In this document: positions 18,678 through 27,970 of the stretch, in pieces
Layout of the letters: every line of letters starts with the position of its first letter
Numbering within the stretch: the first letter of the stretch is position 1
Assembly: GCA_016650245.1 (NCBI GenBank)
Contig: JAENWD010000062.1
Span: forward strand, 1-44,995
Source of the DNA: Vicinamibacteria bacterium
GTDB lineage: Bacteria > Acidobacteriota > Vicinamibacteria > Vicinamibacterales > JAENWD01
DNA: 44,995 nt
Reading direction: 5' to 3'
The notes under the pieces: model-generated
Seen by the model: only the letters and a program-made list of their open reading frames with translations
Told to the model about the DNA's origin: nothing
Database searches by the model: none
Translations under genes and position numbers: made by a program

Positions 18678-19242
18678 GTACCAGCAGTTCCCCATCCTTC
18701 TTCTTCTGCAGGTCATCGACCAGCTTGATGTGTCCGTCGGTGATCTTCTGCACCTCGTCGAGTCCCCGGCGCTCGTCGTCTTCGGAAATCGTGTGGTCTT
18801 TGAGCAACTTCTTCAGCCGCTCGTTGGCCTCACGACGCACCTGGCGCAGCACGTTACGGCCCTCCTCGGCGAGCTTGTGCACGTGGCGCGACAGCTCCTT
18901 ACGGCGTTCGTCGGTCAGCGCCGGGATCGGAATACGGACCACTTTGCCGTCCGATGAGGGGTTGAGGCCGAGGTCCGACGAGCGGATCGCCTTCTCGATG
19001 ACGGCCAGCAGCTGTGGGTCGTACGGCTGCGCGAGAATCAACGCCGGCTCCGGAATCGACAGGCCCGCGACCTGGTTGAGGGGCATCTTCGATCCGTACG
19101 CCTCTACCTGCACGTTCTCGAGCAGGCCGACCGACGCACGCCCCGTACGCACATTGGAGAGCTCGCGGCGGACGTGCTCGACGCCGGCGTCCATGCGTGT
19201 TTTCACCGCCGCGCTGAGTTCCTTGAGATCGTTGACGTCCAT
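18673..19242 (-). CDS. frr: Ribosome recycling factor
   Basis: Start ATG 19242 with upstream GGAG; VRTGRAS, YGSKMPLNQVA, LGLNP, LTDERRKEL. Confidence 0.96.
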   Translation of the reverse strand: MDVNDLKELSAAVKTRMDAGVEHVRRELSNVRTGRASVGLLENVQVEAYGSKMPLNQVAGLSIPEPALILAQPYDPQLLAVIEKAIRSSDLGLNPSSDGKVVRIPIPALTDERRKELSRHVHKLAEEGRNVLRQVRREANERLKKLLKDHTISEDDERRGLDEVQKITDGHIKLVDDLQKKKDGELLVH

Positions 19243-19303
19243 GGCACGTGGCTCCGCAGGTCCGTCGCATCGACGACGGCGCTGCTGCAGGAATGGCGAA
19301 TCT

Positions 19304-20020
19304 TCAGCCCTTGACGACCGAGCCCACTGGTTCACCCAGAACGGCCCGCCGCAGGTTGCCCGGCGTGCGCAGGTTGAAGACGAGGATCGGCAGCTGGTTG
19401 TCCATGCACAGCGAGATCGCCGTGGCGTCCATCACCTTCAGGCGCTGCTCGAGGACCTGAAGGTACGAGATCGTGTCGTAGCGCGTCGCATTCGGATCCT
19501 TCAATGGGTCGGCGGTGTAGATCCCGTCCACTTTGGTCGCCTTCATGATGACGCTCGCGCGGATCTCCATCGCGCGCAGCGCCGCGGCCGTGTCGGTGGT
19601 GAAGTAGGGGTTGCCGGTGCCGGCGGCGAAGATCACGGCTCGGCCCTTCTCCAAGTGCCGGATGGCGCGCCGTCGGATGAACGGCTCGGCCACCGCACGC
19701 ATTTCGATGGCCGACATCACCCGCGTGGTCACGCCGTGCTGTTCGAGCGCGTCCTGCAGGGCCAGCGCGTTGATGACGGTCGCCAGCATGCCCATGTAGT
19801 CGCCGGTGGCGCGGTCCATGCCGCGCGTGCTGGCTGCCACACCCCGAAAGATGTTGCCGCCGCCGATGACGATGGCCGTCTCGACGCCAAGGCCCTGGAC
19901 GTCCTGGACGTCGCGCGCGATCTGCGAGGTGACGGCCGGGTCGATGCCATACTGCGCGGTGCCCATCAGGGCTTCACCGGACAGCTTCAACAGGATGCGT
20001 TTGTAGGTGGGTTCGGACAC
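19304..20020 (-). CDS. pyrH: UMP kinase
   Basis: [39 protein letters not shown]. Confidence 0.97.
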   Translation of the reverse strand: MSEPTYKRILLKLSGEALMGTAQYGIDPAVTSQIARDVQDVQGLGVETAIVIGGGNIFRGVAASTRGMDRATGDYMGMLATVINALALQDALEQHGVTTRVMSAIEMRAVAEPFIRRRAIRHLEKGRAVIFAAGTGNPYFTTDTAAALRAMEIRASVIMKATKVDGIYTADPLKDPNATRYDTISYLQVLEQRLKVMDATAISLCMDNQLPILVFNLRTPGNLRRAVLGEPVGSVVKG

Positions 20021-20040
20021 GGCTGGTGATTATAGCGGGT

Positions 20041-20655
20041 TCAGTCGGCGATCTCGCCAATCTTGAAGCGAGCGAAGCGTCCCACCGTGATGTTCTCGCC
20101 CGTCTTGGCAGAAGCCTGGGCGATCATCTGCGCAATGCTGACGCTGGGGTCGCGCACGCTGGGCTGATCCACCAGCACAATCTGCGAATAGAACGAGCCG
20201 ATCTTCCCCTCGACGATCTTTTCGACGACGTTGGCCGGCTTGCCCGAGTCGACAAACTGCGCGCGGTAGATCTCTCTCTCCTTCTCGAGCAGCTCGGCCG
20301 GCACGTCCTCGCGCCGCACGAACCGCGGGTCGGCCGCTGCGATGTGCAGGGCCAGCTCCTTTACGAGCGTCTGGAAGCCGTCGGTGCGCGCCACAAAGTC
20401 GGTCTCGCAGTTCACCTCCACCAGCACGCCCACCTTGCCGCCCATGTGGATGTAGCTGCCGACGACGCCATTGGCCGTGGCGCGGCCGGCACGCTTGGCC
20501 GCCGAGGCCAGGCCCTTCTTGCGCAGCAACTCGATCGCCTTTTCCTGGTTGCCCTCGGCCTCCTGCAGTGCGGCCTTGCACTCCATCATGCCGGCGCCGG
20601 TCTTCTCGCGCAGGCCCTTCACTTGATCTGCCGTGATGATGATTGCTGCTGCCAT
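20041..20655 (-). CDS. tsf: Elongation factor Ts (short form, 204 aa)
   Basis: [26 protein letters not shown]; start ATG 20655. Confidence 0.96.
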   Translation of the reverse strand: MAAAIIITADQVKGLREKTGAGMMECKAALQEAEGNQEKAIELLRKKGLASAAKRAGRATANGVVGSYIHMGGKVGVLVEVNCETDFVARTDGFQTLVKELALHIAAADPRFVRREDVPAELLEKEREIYRAQFVDSGKPANVVEKIVEGKIGSFYSQIVLVDQPSVRDPSVSIAQMIAQASAKTGENITVGRFARFKIGEIAD

Positions 20656-20689
20656 GATCGGTGTCTCACTTGAACTGGTCATTTGTCAT

Positions 20690-20714
20690 GGTGCCAGGTA
20701 CTGTACCTGGCACC
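20690..20714. repeat. Perfect 12-bp-arm palindrome GGTGCCAGGTAC-T-GTACCTGGCACC (REP-like)
   Basis: Read directly in the rpsB-tsf spacer. Confidence 0.75.
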
Positions 20715-20801
20715 GATAAGGCCGCCCGTACGCAACGCGCGCCGGCTGGGGGAGGCCCCGGCCGGCGCGCCACGAATGTGCCGCACGTTACCGAAACGCG
20801 C

Positions 20802-21584
20802 TCAGGCGGAGGCGGGGGAGGCCGCCGGCTCCGGACGCCGCAGCTGCCGCCGGGTCTCGTCGCCCTCGCCCTCGGCAACCTCCTCGGCGCTGACGGCCTC
20901 GCGCAGGCCGCGACCGCCGAGGATCGCGTCGGCAACCTTTGACGCGAACAGGCGAATCGCCCGCAACGCGTCGTCGTTGCCGGGGATCACGAAGTCCACC
21001 TCATCTGGATCGCAGTTGGTATCGACGACGCCGATGACCGGAATCTTCAGCTTGCGCGCTTCGTCGACCGCGATCTTTTCCTTCTTCGTGTCGACGATGA
21101 AGATCGCGTCCGGCAGACGGCCCATGTTGCGGATCCCGTCGAGGTTCTTCTGCAGCTTCCGCTTCTCTTTCTCGTTACGGGCGATCTCTTTCTTCGACAG
21201 CGTTTCGTAGCGGCCGTCGGTGACCATCGCCTCGAGATCGCGCAGCCGGCCGAGGCTGCGCTGGATGGTCGAGAAGTTGGTGAGCAGGCCGCCGAGCCAG
21301 CGCTGGTTCACATAGTACATGCCGCAACGCTGCGACTCCTCGGCGATGACGTCCTGCGCCTGGCGCTTGGTGCCGACAAACAGCACTGTCTTGCCGTCGG
21401 CGGCAAGATTGCCCAGGAACTCTTCCGCCTGGCGAAACAGCTTGACCGTCTTGCCAAGGTCGATGATGTAGATGCCGTTGCGCTCCCCGAAGATGAACTC
21501 CTTCATCTTGGGATTCCAGCGCTTCGTCTGGTGGCCGAAGTGCACACCGGCCTCCAATAGTTCCTGCATCGTAATTCCGGTCAA
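20802..21584 (-). CDS. rpsB: 30S ribosomal protein S2
   Basis: [46 protein letters not shown]; TTG start with GGAGG. Confidence 0.97.
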   Translation of the reverse strand: MTGITMQELLEAGVHFGHQTKRWNPKMKEFIFGERNGIYIIDLGKTVKLFRQAEEFLGNLAADGKTVLFVGTKRQAQDVIAEESQRCGMYYVNQRWLGGLLTNFSTIQRSLGRLRDLEAMVTDGRYETLSKKEIARNEKEKRKLQKNLDGIRNMGRLPDAIFIVDTKKEKIAVDEARKLKIPVIGVVDTNCDPDEVDFVIPGNDDALRAIRLFASKVADAILGGRGLREAVSAEEVAEGEGDETRRQLRRPEPAASPASA

Positions 21585-21631
21585 GCGTCCTCCAATGGTG
21601 TCCGGCCTCGCGGGCTCCAGACCGCGGCGAA

Positions 21632-22024
21632 CTAGCGTTTGCTGAACTGGAAGCGCTTGCGCGCCCCCGCCAATCCGTACTTCTTGCGTTCCTTGGCGCG
21701 GGCATCGCGCGTCAGGAACCCACTCGACTTGAGCGCCCGGCGCAGCTCGGCGTCAAACACGCACAGCGCGCGCGCGATCCCCAGGCGCACCGCGCCGGCC
21801 TGCCCGGATACACCGCCGCCGCTCACAAGGGCGAGCACGTCGAACTTCTCGGTGGTCTCGGTCACCACCAGCGGCTGCTTGATCTGGGTCCGCAGCGCCT
21901 CGGTGGGGAAGAAAGCCGCAAACGCCCGCCGGTTGATCGTGATCTCGCCCGAGCCGGGCCGCAGATAGACACGGGCGGTGGACGTCTTGCGGCGGCCAGT
22001 GCTGTAGAACTGATTCAATGCCAC
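21632..22024 (-). CDS. rpsI: 30S ribosomal protein S9
   Basis: GTG 22024; [33 protein letters not shown]. Confidence 0.97.
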   Translation of the reverse strand: MALNQFYSTGRRKTSTARVYLRPGSGEITINRRAFAAFFPTEALRTQIKQPLVVTETTEKFDVLALVSGGGVSGQAGAVRLGIARALCVFDAELRRALKSSGFLTRDARAKERKKYGLAGARKRFQFSKR

Positions 22025-22025
22025 G

Positions 22026-22457
22026 TTACGCGACCTCGAGCGACGACGGTTTCTGAGCGGCGTGCGGATGATCCCCGCCCGCGTAGACCTTGAGCTTGCG
22101 ATACATCGCATCGCCCAGTTTGGTCTTGGGGAGCATCCCCCGGACGGCTTCTTCCATCAGCCGCACAGGATTCTGCTGGCGGACGTCTTTGGCGCGCTCT
22201 TCGCGGAGACCGCCCTCGTAGCCGCTGTGCCGGCGGTAGAGCTTCTGCTCTTCCTTCCGGCCCGTCAGCTTGACCTTGGCCGCATTGACGACCACCACGT
22301 GGTCGCCGGTGTCCATCGACGGCGTGTAGATGGCCTTGTGCTTACCCTGCAGCAGTTTGGCGGCCGTGGAGGCCACCCGGCCGAGCACCCGCTCGCCCGC
22401 ATCAATCACATGCCACGCGCTCGAGATGTCCTTCGGCGTGGCCGTAAACGTACCCAT
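22026..22457 (-). CDS. rplM: 50S ribosomal protein L13
   Basis: ATG 22457; [36 protein letters not shown]. Confidence 0.97.
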   Translation of the reverse strand: MGTFTATPKDISSAWHVIDAGERVLGRVASTAAKLLQGKHKAIYTPSMDTGDHVVVVNAAKVKLTGRKEEQKLYRRHSGYEGGLREERAKDVRQQNPVRLMEEAVRGMLPKTKLGDAMYRKLKVYAGGDHPHAAQKPSSLEVA

Positions 22458-22503
22458 GAGTGCGCGATCCCTTCCGCAATCGACCGACAAACGGCAAACC
22501 CAA

Positions 22504-22532
22504 ATGGTACGTGGAGTTGGCCGGGGTGTCAA
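22504..22532 (-). promoter_or_regulatory. sigma70 promoter of the rplM operon (TTGACA-N17-TACCAT)
   Basis: Perfect -35, 17-nt spacer, TAnnnT -10, 46 nt upstream of the rplM start. Confidence 0.85.
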
Positions 22533-22662
22533 GTCGCTGGCGGGTGCCCGGCCAGGGGGGCTGCGACGCCTGTGCACAGTGTTACACGGAGCGGCTCATG
22601 CCACGCCGAGCAACGTCCGATAACACCCCTCGAACAGGTCTCGCGCCGCTCCCCGCGGTGAC

Positions 22663-22689
22663 CAAAAGTGTAATCGACTGACACTTTTG
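22663..22689. promoter_or_regulatory. Inverted repeat CAAAAGTGT-N9-ACACTTTTG, a candidate enhancer-binding-protein site
   Basis: Perfect 9-bp AT-rich arms with a TGT...ACA core, about 90 nt upstream of a sigma54 motif. Confidence 0.6.
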
Positions 22690-22779
22690 TGATCGAGCCA
22701 GGGGGTGCGACGCACGGCCTGTTGACGGCGATGCCAATTCTGGCGCGGCGGCGCTCAACCGAACGAGCGCCCAGGTGGC

Positions 22780-22795
22780 TGGCATTGGCTTTGCC
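22780..22795 (+). promoter_or_regulatory. Candidate sigma54 promoter of pilMNOPQ (TGGCAT-TGGCT-TTGCC)
   Basis: GG-N10-GC spacing with TGGCA and TTGC boxes, 30 nt before the pilM ATG. Confidence 0.65.
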
Positions 22796-22825
22796 CCTGC
22801 AGCGCGACGACAACGGCCGGTGAAC

Positions 22826-23899
22826 ATGGAATTCAGTCTCTTTCGGAAACCCAAGACACTCGTCGGCCTCGACATCGGATCGAGCGCGGTGAAGGCCGTC
22901 GAGCTGAAATCGGCTGGAAAGACCGGCTACAAGGTGGTCGCCTTTGCCAGCGAGCCGGTGCCGCCCGACACGATCGTCGATGGCGCCATCGTCGACGGGG
23001 GGGCGGTGGCCGACGCCATCCGACGGATATTCGACACCAAGCGCTTCAAGGCGAAAGACGTCGTCGCCTCGCTGTCGGGCAACGCGGTCATCGTCAAGAA
23101 GATCGCGCTGCCGGTGATGACCGAGGCCGAGCTCGACGAGTCGATCCACTGGGAAGCCGAGCAGTACATCCCGTTTGACATTCAGGACGTCAACCTCGAC
23201 TACCAGATCCTCGGGGCCGCGCCGGGCGAGGGCGGCAAGCAGACGATGGACGTGCTGCTGGTAGCGGCCAAGCGGGACAAGATCGCCGAGTACACCGGAG
23301 TCATCAGCCAGGCGGGGCGGACGGCGGTCGTCGTCGACATCGACGCATTTGCCGTGCAGAACTGTTACGAGGCCAACTACGGCCTCGATCCCGGCGTGAC
23401 GGTGTTGCTCAACGCCGGCGCCTCCGCCATCAACGTCAACTTCATCGCGGGCGAGCAATCGCTGTTCACGCGCGACATCTCGGTGGGAGGCAACGCCTAC
23501 ACCGACGCGGTGCAGCGCGAGTTCAACCTGGCGTTTGACGCCGCCGAGCGAGCCAAGAAAGGCCAGCCGGTCGACGGCGTGCCGTTTGAGGATGTCCGGC
23601 CCGTCCTTCGCACGGTGAGCGAAGCCGTCGTCCTCGAGATCCAGAAGACGTTTGACTTCTTCAAGGCCACCACCTCTCAGGACAAGATCGACCGCATCGT
23701 GCTCTGCGGCGGCGCGAGCCGGGTCGACAGCCTGGCCGAACTGCTCGAGGAGCGCTTCGGCGCACCGGTGGAGTTCCTCGATCCGTTCAAGGCCGTGACC
23801 TTCGACGCCCAGCGGCTCGGCATCGACAACCCGGCCGACATCGCCCCGACGGCGGCGGTGGCTGTGGGTCTGGCGCTCAGAACGGTGCACGGCCGATGA
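22826..23899 (+). CDS. pilM: Type IV pilus assembly protein PilM
   Basis: GLDIGSSAVK, EAEQYIPF, VLLVAAKRD, IVLCGGAS, AVAVGLALR; start ATG 22826. Confidence 0.94.
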   Translation: MEFSLFRKPKTLVGLDIGSSAVKAVELKSAGKTGYKVVAFASEPVPPDTIVDGAIVDGGAVADAIRRIFDTKRFKAKDVVASLSGNAVIVKKIALPVMTEAELDESIHWEAEQYIPFDIQDVNLDYQILGAAPGEGGKQTMDVLLVAAKRDKIAEYTGVISQAGRTAVVVDIDAFAVQNCYEANYGLDPGVTVLLNAGASAINVNFIAGEQSLFTRDISVGGNAYTDAVQREFNLAFDAAERAKKGQPVDGVPFEDVRPVLRTVSEAVVLEIQKTFDFFKATTSQDKIDRIVLCGGASRVDSLAELLEERFGAPVEFLDPFKAVTFDAQRLGIDNPADIAPTAAVAVGLALRTVHGR

Positions 23900-24516
23900 T
23901 TCACATCAACCTGCTCGCCAGCGAGCGAGAGAAGCAGCCGCGCAAGGCGTCGGCCGGGTTCGACCTCGGACAGAAGGTCACGCTGGTCTGCAGCCTCATC
24001 CTGCTGGCCACTGCCCTGGGCATCGGCTGGTGGTGGTGGATGCTCGGTCGCGAGTCGGTGCGCCTGACCAGCGAGACCGCGACGGCCGAACGCGAGACGG
24101 CGCGCCTCAAGACCATCCTCACGCAAGTCGCGCAGTTCGAACGGCAGAAGCAGCAGCTGCAGGAACGCGTGAAGCTGATCGAGCAGCTGCGCAAGGGGCA
24201 GGGCGCGCCGGTCCACATGATCGACGAGCTGAGCAAGGCGATGCCAGAGATGCTGTGGCTCACCGAGCTCAAGCAGGATGGCGGCGATCTGACGGTCGAC
24301 GGCCGCTGCACGACGCTGACGGCGCTGTCGGACTTTGTCGGCAATCTCGAGCGCAGCGGCTATTTCCGCCGGCCCGTCGAAATCCTCGACAGCAAGGTCG
24401 AGCAGGCCACGGCGCCGGCCACCGAGCTGATCAGGTTCACGTTGAAGGCCACCTTCGCGATGCCCGGTTCAGAACCGGAACCGCCCGCCTCGGCGCGTCC
24501 GGGAGGACGGCGCTAG
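23896..24516 (+). CDS. pilN: Type IV pilus assembly protein PilN
   Basis: MIHINLL motif, single TM, coiled coil, LWLTEL; follows pilM. Confidence 0.92.
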   Translation: MIHINLLASEREKQPRKASAGFDLGQKVTLVCSLILLATALGIGWWWWMLGRESVRLTSETATAERETARLKTILTQVAQFERQKQQLQERVKLIEQLRKGQGAPVHMIDELSKAMPEMLWLTELKQDGGDLTVDGRCTTLTALSDFVGNLERSGYFRRPVEILDSKVEQATAPATELIRFTLKATFAMPGSEPEPPASARPGGRR

Positions 24517-24575
24517 GCGCCTAGGCGGCGACGCGAGTTTGTAGAGCGGTTCGCGAAGGTTCTCGATAGGAACGG

Positions 24576-25199
24576 ATGAACATGGGTCTTGGCCTGAACA
24601 AACTGCCCTGGAAGGCGCAAGTCGGCGTTTTCCTCGCCATCGCTGTGGCAGCGCTGGGCGGCTTCTATTGGTACTACGTCCAGGACGTGCGGGCGAGGCA
24701 CGCCACCGAGCAGGCCAAGCTCGATCGCCTTCGCGCCGACATCACCAAGGGCTCGGCGACGGCGCGGCAGTTGCCTCAGTTCCGGCAGGAGGTCGGCGAG
24801 CTCGAGGCGCGCCTCGCCAACCTGCGCGCGGTGCTGCCAGAAGAGAAGGACGTGGGCGACCTGCTGCGGCGCATTCAGACGCTGGCGACGCAGTCGAACC
24901 TGCAGATCAAGGGGTTCAAGCCTGCGCCGATCGTCACGCGGCAGATGCACGCCGAGTGGCCGATCAACCTGGAACTCGACGGCACGTATCACAACCTCGG
25001 CGTGTTCTTCGATCGCGTGGGCAAGTTCTCGCGAATCATCAACGTCGGCGCCGTGAAGATCAAGGCGAAGGAAAAGCCGGCGCCCGGGTCCACCATCGGC
25101 GTGTTGTGCACCGCGACCACCTTCGTGCTGATCGAGCCGAAGGCCGCACCGGTGCCAAGTAAATCCGCGGCTCCGGCCGTACCGGCGAGGGCCAGCTGA
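24576..25199 (+). CDS. pilO: Type IV pilus assembly protein PilO
   Basis: TM, coiled coil, LPEEKDV..LL, GTYHNLGVFFD..GKFSRIINV. Confidence 0.92.
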   Translation: MNMGLGLNKLPWKAQVGVFLAIAVAALGGFYWYYVQDVRARHATEQAKLDRLRADITKGSATARQLPQFRQEVGELEARLANLRAVLPEEKDVGDLLRRIQTLATQSNLQIKGFKPAPIVTRQMHAEWPINLELDGTYHNLGVFFDRVGKFSRIINVGAVKIKAKEKPAPGSTIGVLCTATTFVLIEPKAAPVPSKSAAPAVPARAS

Positions 25200-25201
25200 C
25201 C

Positions 25202-25660
25202 ATGACGACCTTCGTGCTTCTGGCCGTGCTGACGGCGTTGGTGCCGGCACAGACGCCCTCCGCGCCGCCCCCGGCGCCGGCGGCAACGCCCGCCGCGGCT
25301 GACTCTTTCACCTACAACCCCGAAGGGCGACGCGATCCGTTCGTCAGCCTGGTGCGCGGCGGATCGGACCAGCGCGGCGCGCGGACAGGAGCGTCCGGCG
25401 TGGACGGTCTCGCGGGCCTGTCGGTGGACGAAATCTCGGTGAGGGGCGTGGTGGCCGGACGAGCTGGCTACGTCGCCATGGTGATGGGACCGGACAACAA
25501 GACGTACATCGTGCGGCCCAACGACAAGCTGCTCGACGGCACGGTGAAGGCGGTCACCGCCCAGGGCCTGGTCATCTTGCAGGAAGTCAACGACCCGCTG
25601 TCGCTCGTCAAGCAGAAGGAAGTACGGAAGATGTTGCGCGGACTCGAGGAAGGGAAGTAG
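25202..25660 (+). CDS. pilP: PilP-like protein (no lipobox)
   Basis: YNPEGRRDPF motif and beta-domain (RGVV...AMV.GPD..YIV..ND.L.DG.V); sits between pilO and pilQ. Confidence 0.75.
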   Translation: MTTFVLLAVLTALVPAQTPSAPPPAPAATPAAADSFTYNPEGRRDPFVSLVRGGSDQRGARTGASGVDGLAGLSVDEISVRGVVAGRAGYVAMVMGPDNKTYIVRPNDKLLDGTVKAVTAQGLVILQEVNDPLSLVKQKEVRKMLRGLEEGK

Positions 25661-25664
25661 TCCC

Positions 25665-27950
25665 ATGCGTCGATATGGCATTGCCCTCACGCTGACGGCA
25701 CTGGCGGCCTTCGTGGCGGCCGGACACGGCCGCGTGGCGGCCGCAACCGGTGCGCGCCTGACGGCGATCACCGCCACCGATGGCGCCGCGCCCGTGGTCC
25801 TCATAGAGGCCTCCGAGCCGGTGGCGTACCGCACAGCTCGGCCCGACCCGTTCACGGTGCTCGTCGATCTGCGTAACGTCGCCACCAGCGGTTACGCCAA
25901 CGGCTTCACCGCCAGGCCCGGCAGCCCCGTGCGCAGCGTCGGCGTCGAAAGCGCGCGCGACGCCGAAGGCCACCAGGTGGCCCGGGTGCGCGTGTCGCTG
26001 TCCGAGCCGATCAGCCATCGCGTGCGCAGTCAGCGCAATCTGATCTTTGTCGAACTGTCCGGGGACGCCGGCGTGGCGGGTGCGTCGACCCCGCCGCCGG
26101 TCAGCGCACGGATTGCACCGCCCGCGCCTGCATCAACGGCATCGCCGATGGCGGTGACCCCCGCACGCGCGCTGGTGGACGTGAAGACCAGCGTCGACGG
26201 CACCGCGACCAGCATCATCCTGGTCGGCAACGGACGCCTCGCGCCGTCGCACGTCGAGCGAGCCGGCACCAAGCGTCTCTACCTCGACTTTCCCGGCGTC
26301 GCCGCGGAGGCGCCTGCGGTCACCCTCGTCAACCAGGGGCCGATCGATCGCGTGCGCGTCGCCCTCAACAGCCAGAAGCCGATGGTCACGCGCGTCGTCG
26401 TGGATCTGGACCGCCCGGCCGCGCACCTGGTGGAGTCGGTGGGCGATGGCCGCGAAGTGAAGGTGACCTTCCGCGAAAGCGGCGCGACCGGGCCGCCCGT
26501 GGCTGTGCCGGTGGCGGTGCCAGTGGCACAGCCTGCGCCAGGCGCGGCTGCGGCCGAGCCGCCGGCCTCCGACATCGTCGATTTGACCGCGCCGGCTCCT
26601 GCCCCTCCGGTGGAGGTTGTGGAGACCCCGGTGCCGCCGCAGCCCTCGCGCGTGCTGACGCAAACGCCGGCGCCGTCGCAGGGCGTGGCGCAGGCGCCCG
26701 GCGGCAGGCAGTACACGGGGCACCCGATCAGCCTCGACTTCCAGGGCGCCGACCTTCGCGCCGTGCTCCGCACCTTCGCCGAGATCAGCGGCCTCAACAT
26801 CGTGATCGACCCGGCCGTGCAGGGATCGGTCGACGTCGCCTTGCGCGACGTGCCGTGGGACCAGGCACTCGACATCATCCTGCGGGCCAACAAGCTCGGC
26901 TACTCGGTGGACGGCACGATCGTCCGCGTGGCGCCGCTGACCGTGCTGGCCGACGAAGAAAAGCAGCGCCGGCAACTGGCCGAGCAGCAGGCCCTGGCTG
27001 GCGAGCTGGTGGTGATGACGGCGACGCTGAGCTACGCGACGGCCGACCAGATACGTCCGCTGTTGCTCAAGAGCGCGCTCACCCAGCGCGGGACGGTCGA
27101 AGTCGACACGCGCTCGAACACGCTCATCATCTCGGACCTGCAGTCGGCGCTCGACAAGGCATCTTCACTCATCGCGACGCTGGACCGCGCGCAACCGCAA
27201 GTGGAGATCGAAGCGCGTATCGTCATCACCAACAAGTCGTACCGCCGCGAGATCGGCGCGCAGCTCGGGTTGGGCGGTGAGATGTCACCGCGCCTGGGCA
27301 ACACGACGCCCCTGGCCTTCCCCAACTCCATCATCGGCGGTGGCCGCACCGGCGCGCCCAGCACGCCCGGCGCGCCCAACGCCGTCGATCTGGGCGTCAC
27401 CGGCGCGACCTCGGCCCTCGGCCTGGCGCTGGGCGCCGTCAACGGCGCGTTCAACCTCGACCTGGCGCTGACGGCACTGGAGAACGAGGGAAAGCTGAGC
27501 GTCATCTCGACACCCCGCGTGTCGACGCAGAACAACGTCGAGGCCGAGATTGCGCAGGGCACGCAGATTCCAATTCAGACGGTCGCCAACAACACCGTCA
27601 CCGTGACGTTCAAGGACGCCGCGCTGGTGCTGCGCGTCACGCCCCAGATCACCGCGGCCAACACCGTGATCATGAAGATCGCGCTCGAAAACGCGCAGGC
27701 CGACTTCGGCCGCAGCGTCAACGGCATCCCGCCCATCGACACGCAGCGCGCCAACACGACCGTGCTGGTCGGCGACGGGCAGACCACGGTCATCGGCGGC
27801 ATCTACTTCAGCTCGCAGGAAGCCCAGCAGGGTCGCACGCCGGTGCTCCACAAGATCCCGCTGCTCGGCTGGTTGTTCAGGCACGACCTGACGAACAACC
27901 AGAACAACGAGCTGTTGATCTTCATCACGCCGCGGATTCTCAAGAGTTAG
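25665..27950 (+). CDS. pilQ: Type IV pilus secretin PilQ with AMIN domains
   Basis: Signal peptide, two AMIN-like domains, Pro/Ala linker, YTGHPISLDFQ, VPWDQALD, QVEIEARIV, IPLLGWLF, LLIFITPRI. Confidence 0.94.
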   Translation: MRRYGIALTLTALAAFVAAGHGRVAAATGARLTAITATDGAAPVVLIEASEPVAYRTARPDPFTVLVDLRNVATSGYANGFTARPGSPVRSVGVESARDAEGHQVARVRVSLSEPISHRVRSQRNLIFVELSGDAGVAGASTPPPVSARIAPPAPASTASPMAVTPARALVDVKTSVDGTATSIILVGNGRLAPSHVERAGTKRLYLDFPGVAAEAPAVTLVNQGPIDRVRVALNSQKPMVTRVVVDLDRPAAHLVESVGDGREVKVTFRESGATGPPVAVPVAVPVAQPAPGAAAAEPPASDIVDLTAPAPAPPVEVVETPVPPQPSRVLTQTPAPSQGVAQAPGGRQYTGHPISLDFQGADLRAVLRTFAEISGLNIVIDPAVQGSVDVALRDVPWDQALDIILRANKLGYSVDGTIVRVAPLTVLADEEKQRRQLAEQQALAGELVVMTATLSYATADQIRPLLLKSALTQRGTVEVDTRSNTLIISDLQSALDKASSLIATLDRAQPQVEIEARIVITNKSYRREIGAQLGLGGEMSPRLGNTTPLAFPNSIIGGGRTGAPSTPGAPNAVDLGVTGATSALGLALGAVNGAFNLDLALTALENEGKLSVISTPRVSTQNNVEAEIAQGTQIPIQTVANNTVTVTFKDAALVLRVTPQITAANTVIMKIALENAQADFGRSVNGIPPIDTQRANTTVLVGDGQTTVIGGIYFSSQEAQQGRTPVLHKIPLLGWLFRHDLTNNQNNELLIFITPRILKS

Positions 27951-27970
27951 GCAAGACGGAGCACAGGCAC

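Noticed and set aside
24513-24524. Short palindrome CTAGGCGCCTAG at the pilN stop
   Set aside because: Too short, with no U-tract; compatible with chance.
26480-26700. Low-complexity Pro/Ala/Val stretch in pilQ
   Set aside because: An ordinary flexible linker between the AMIN and N0 domains, not a DNA repeat element.
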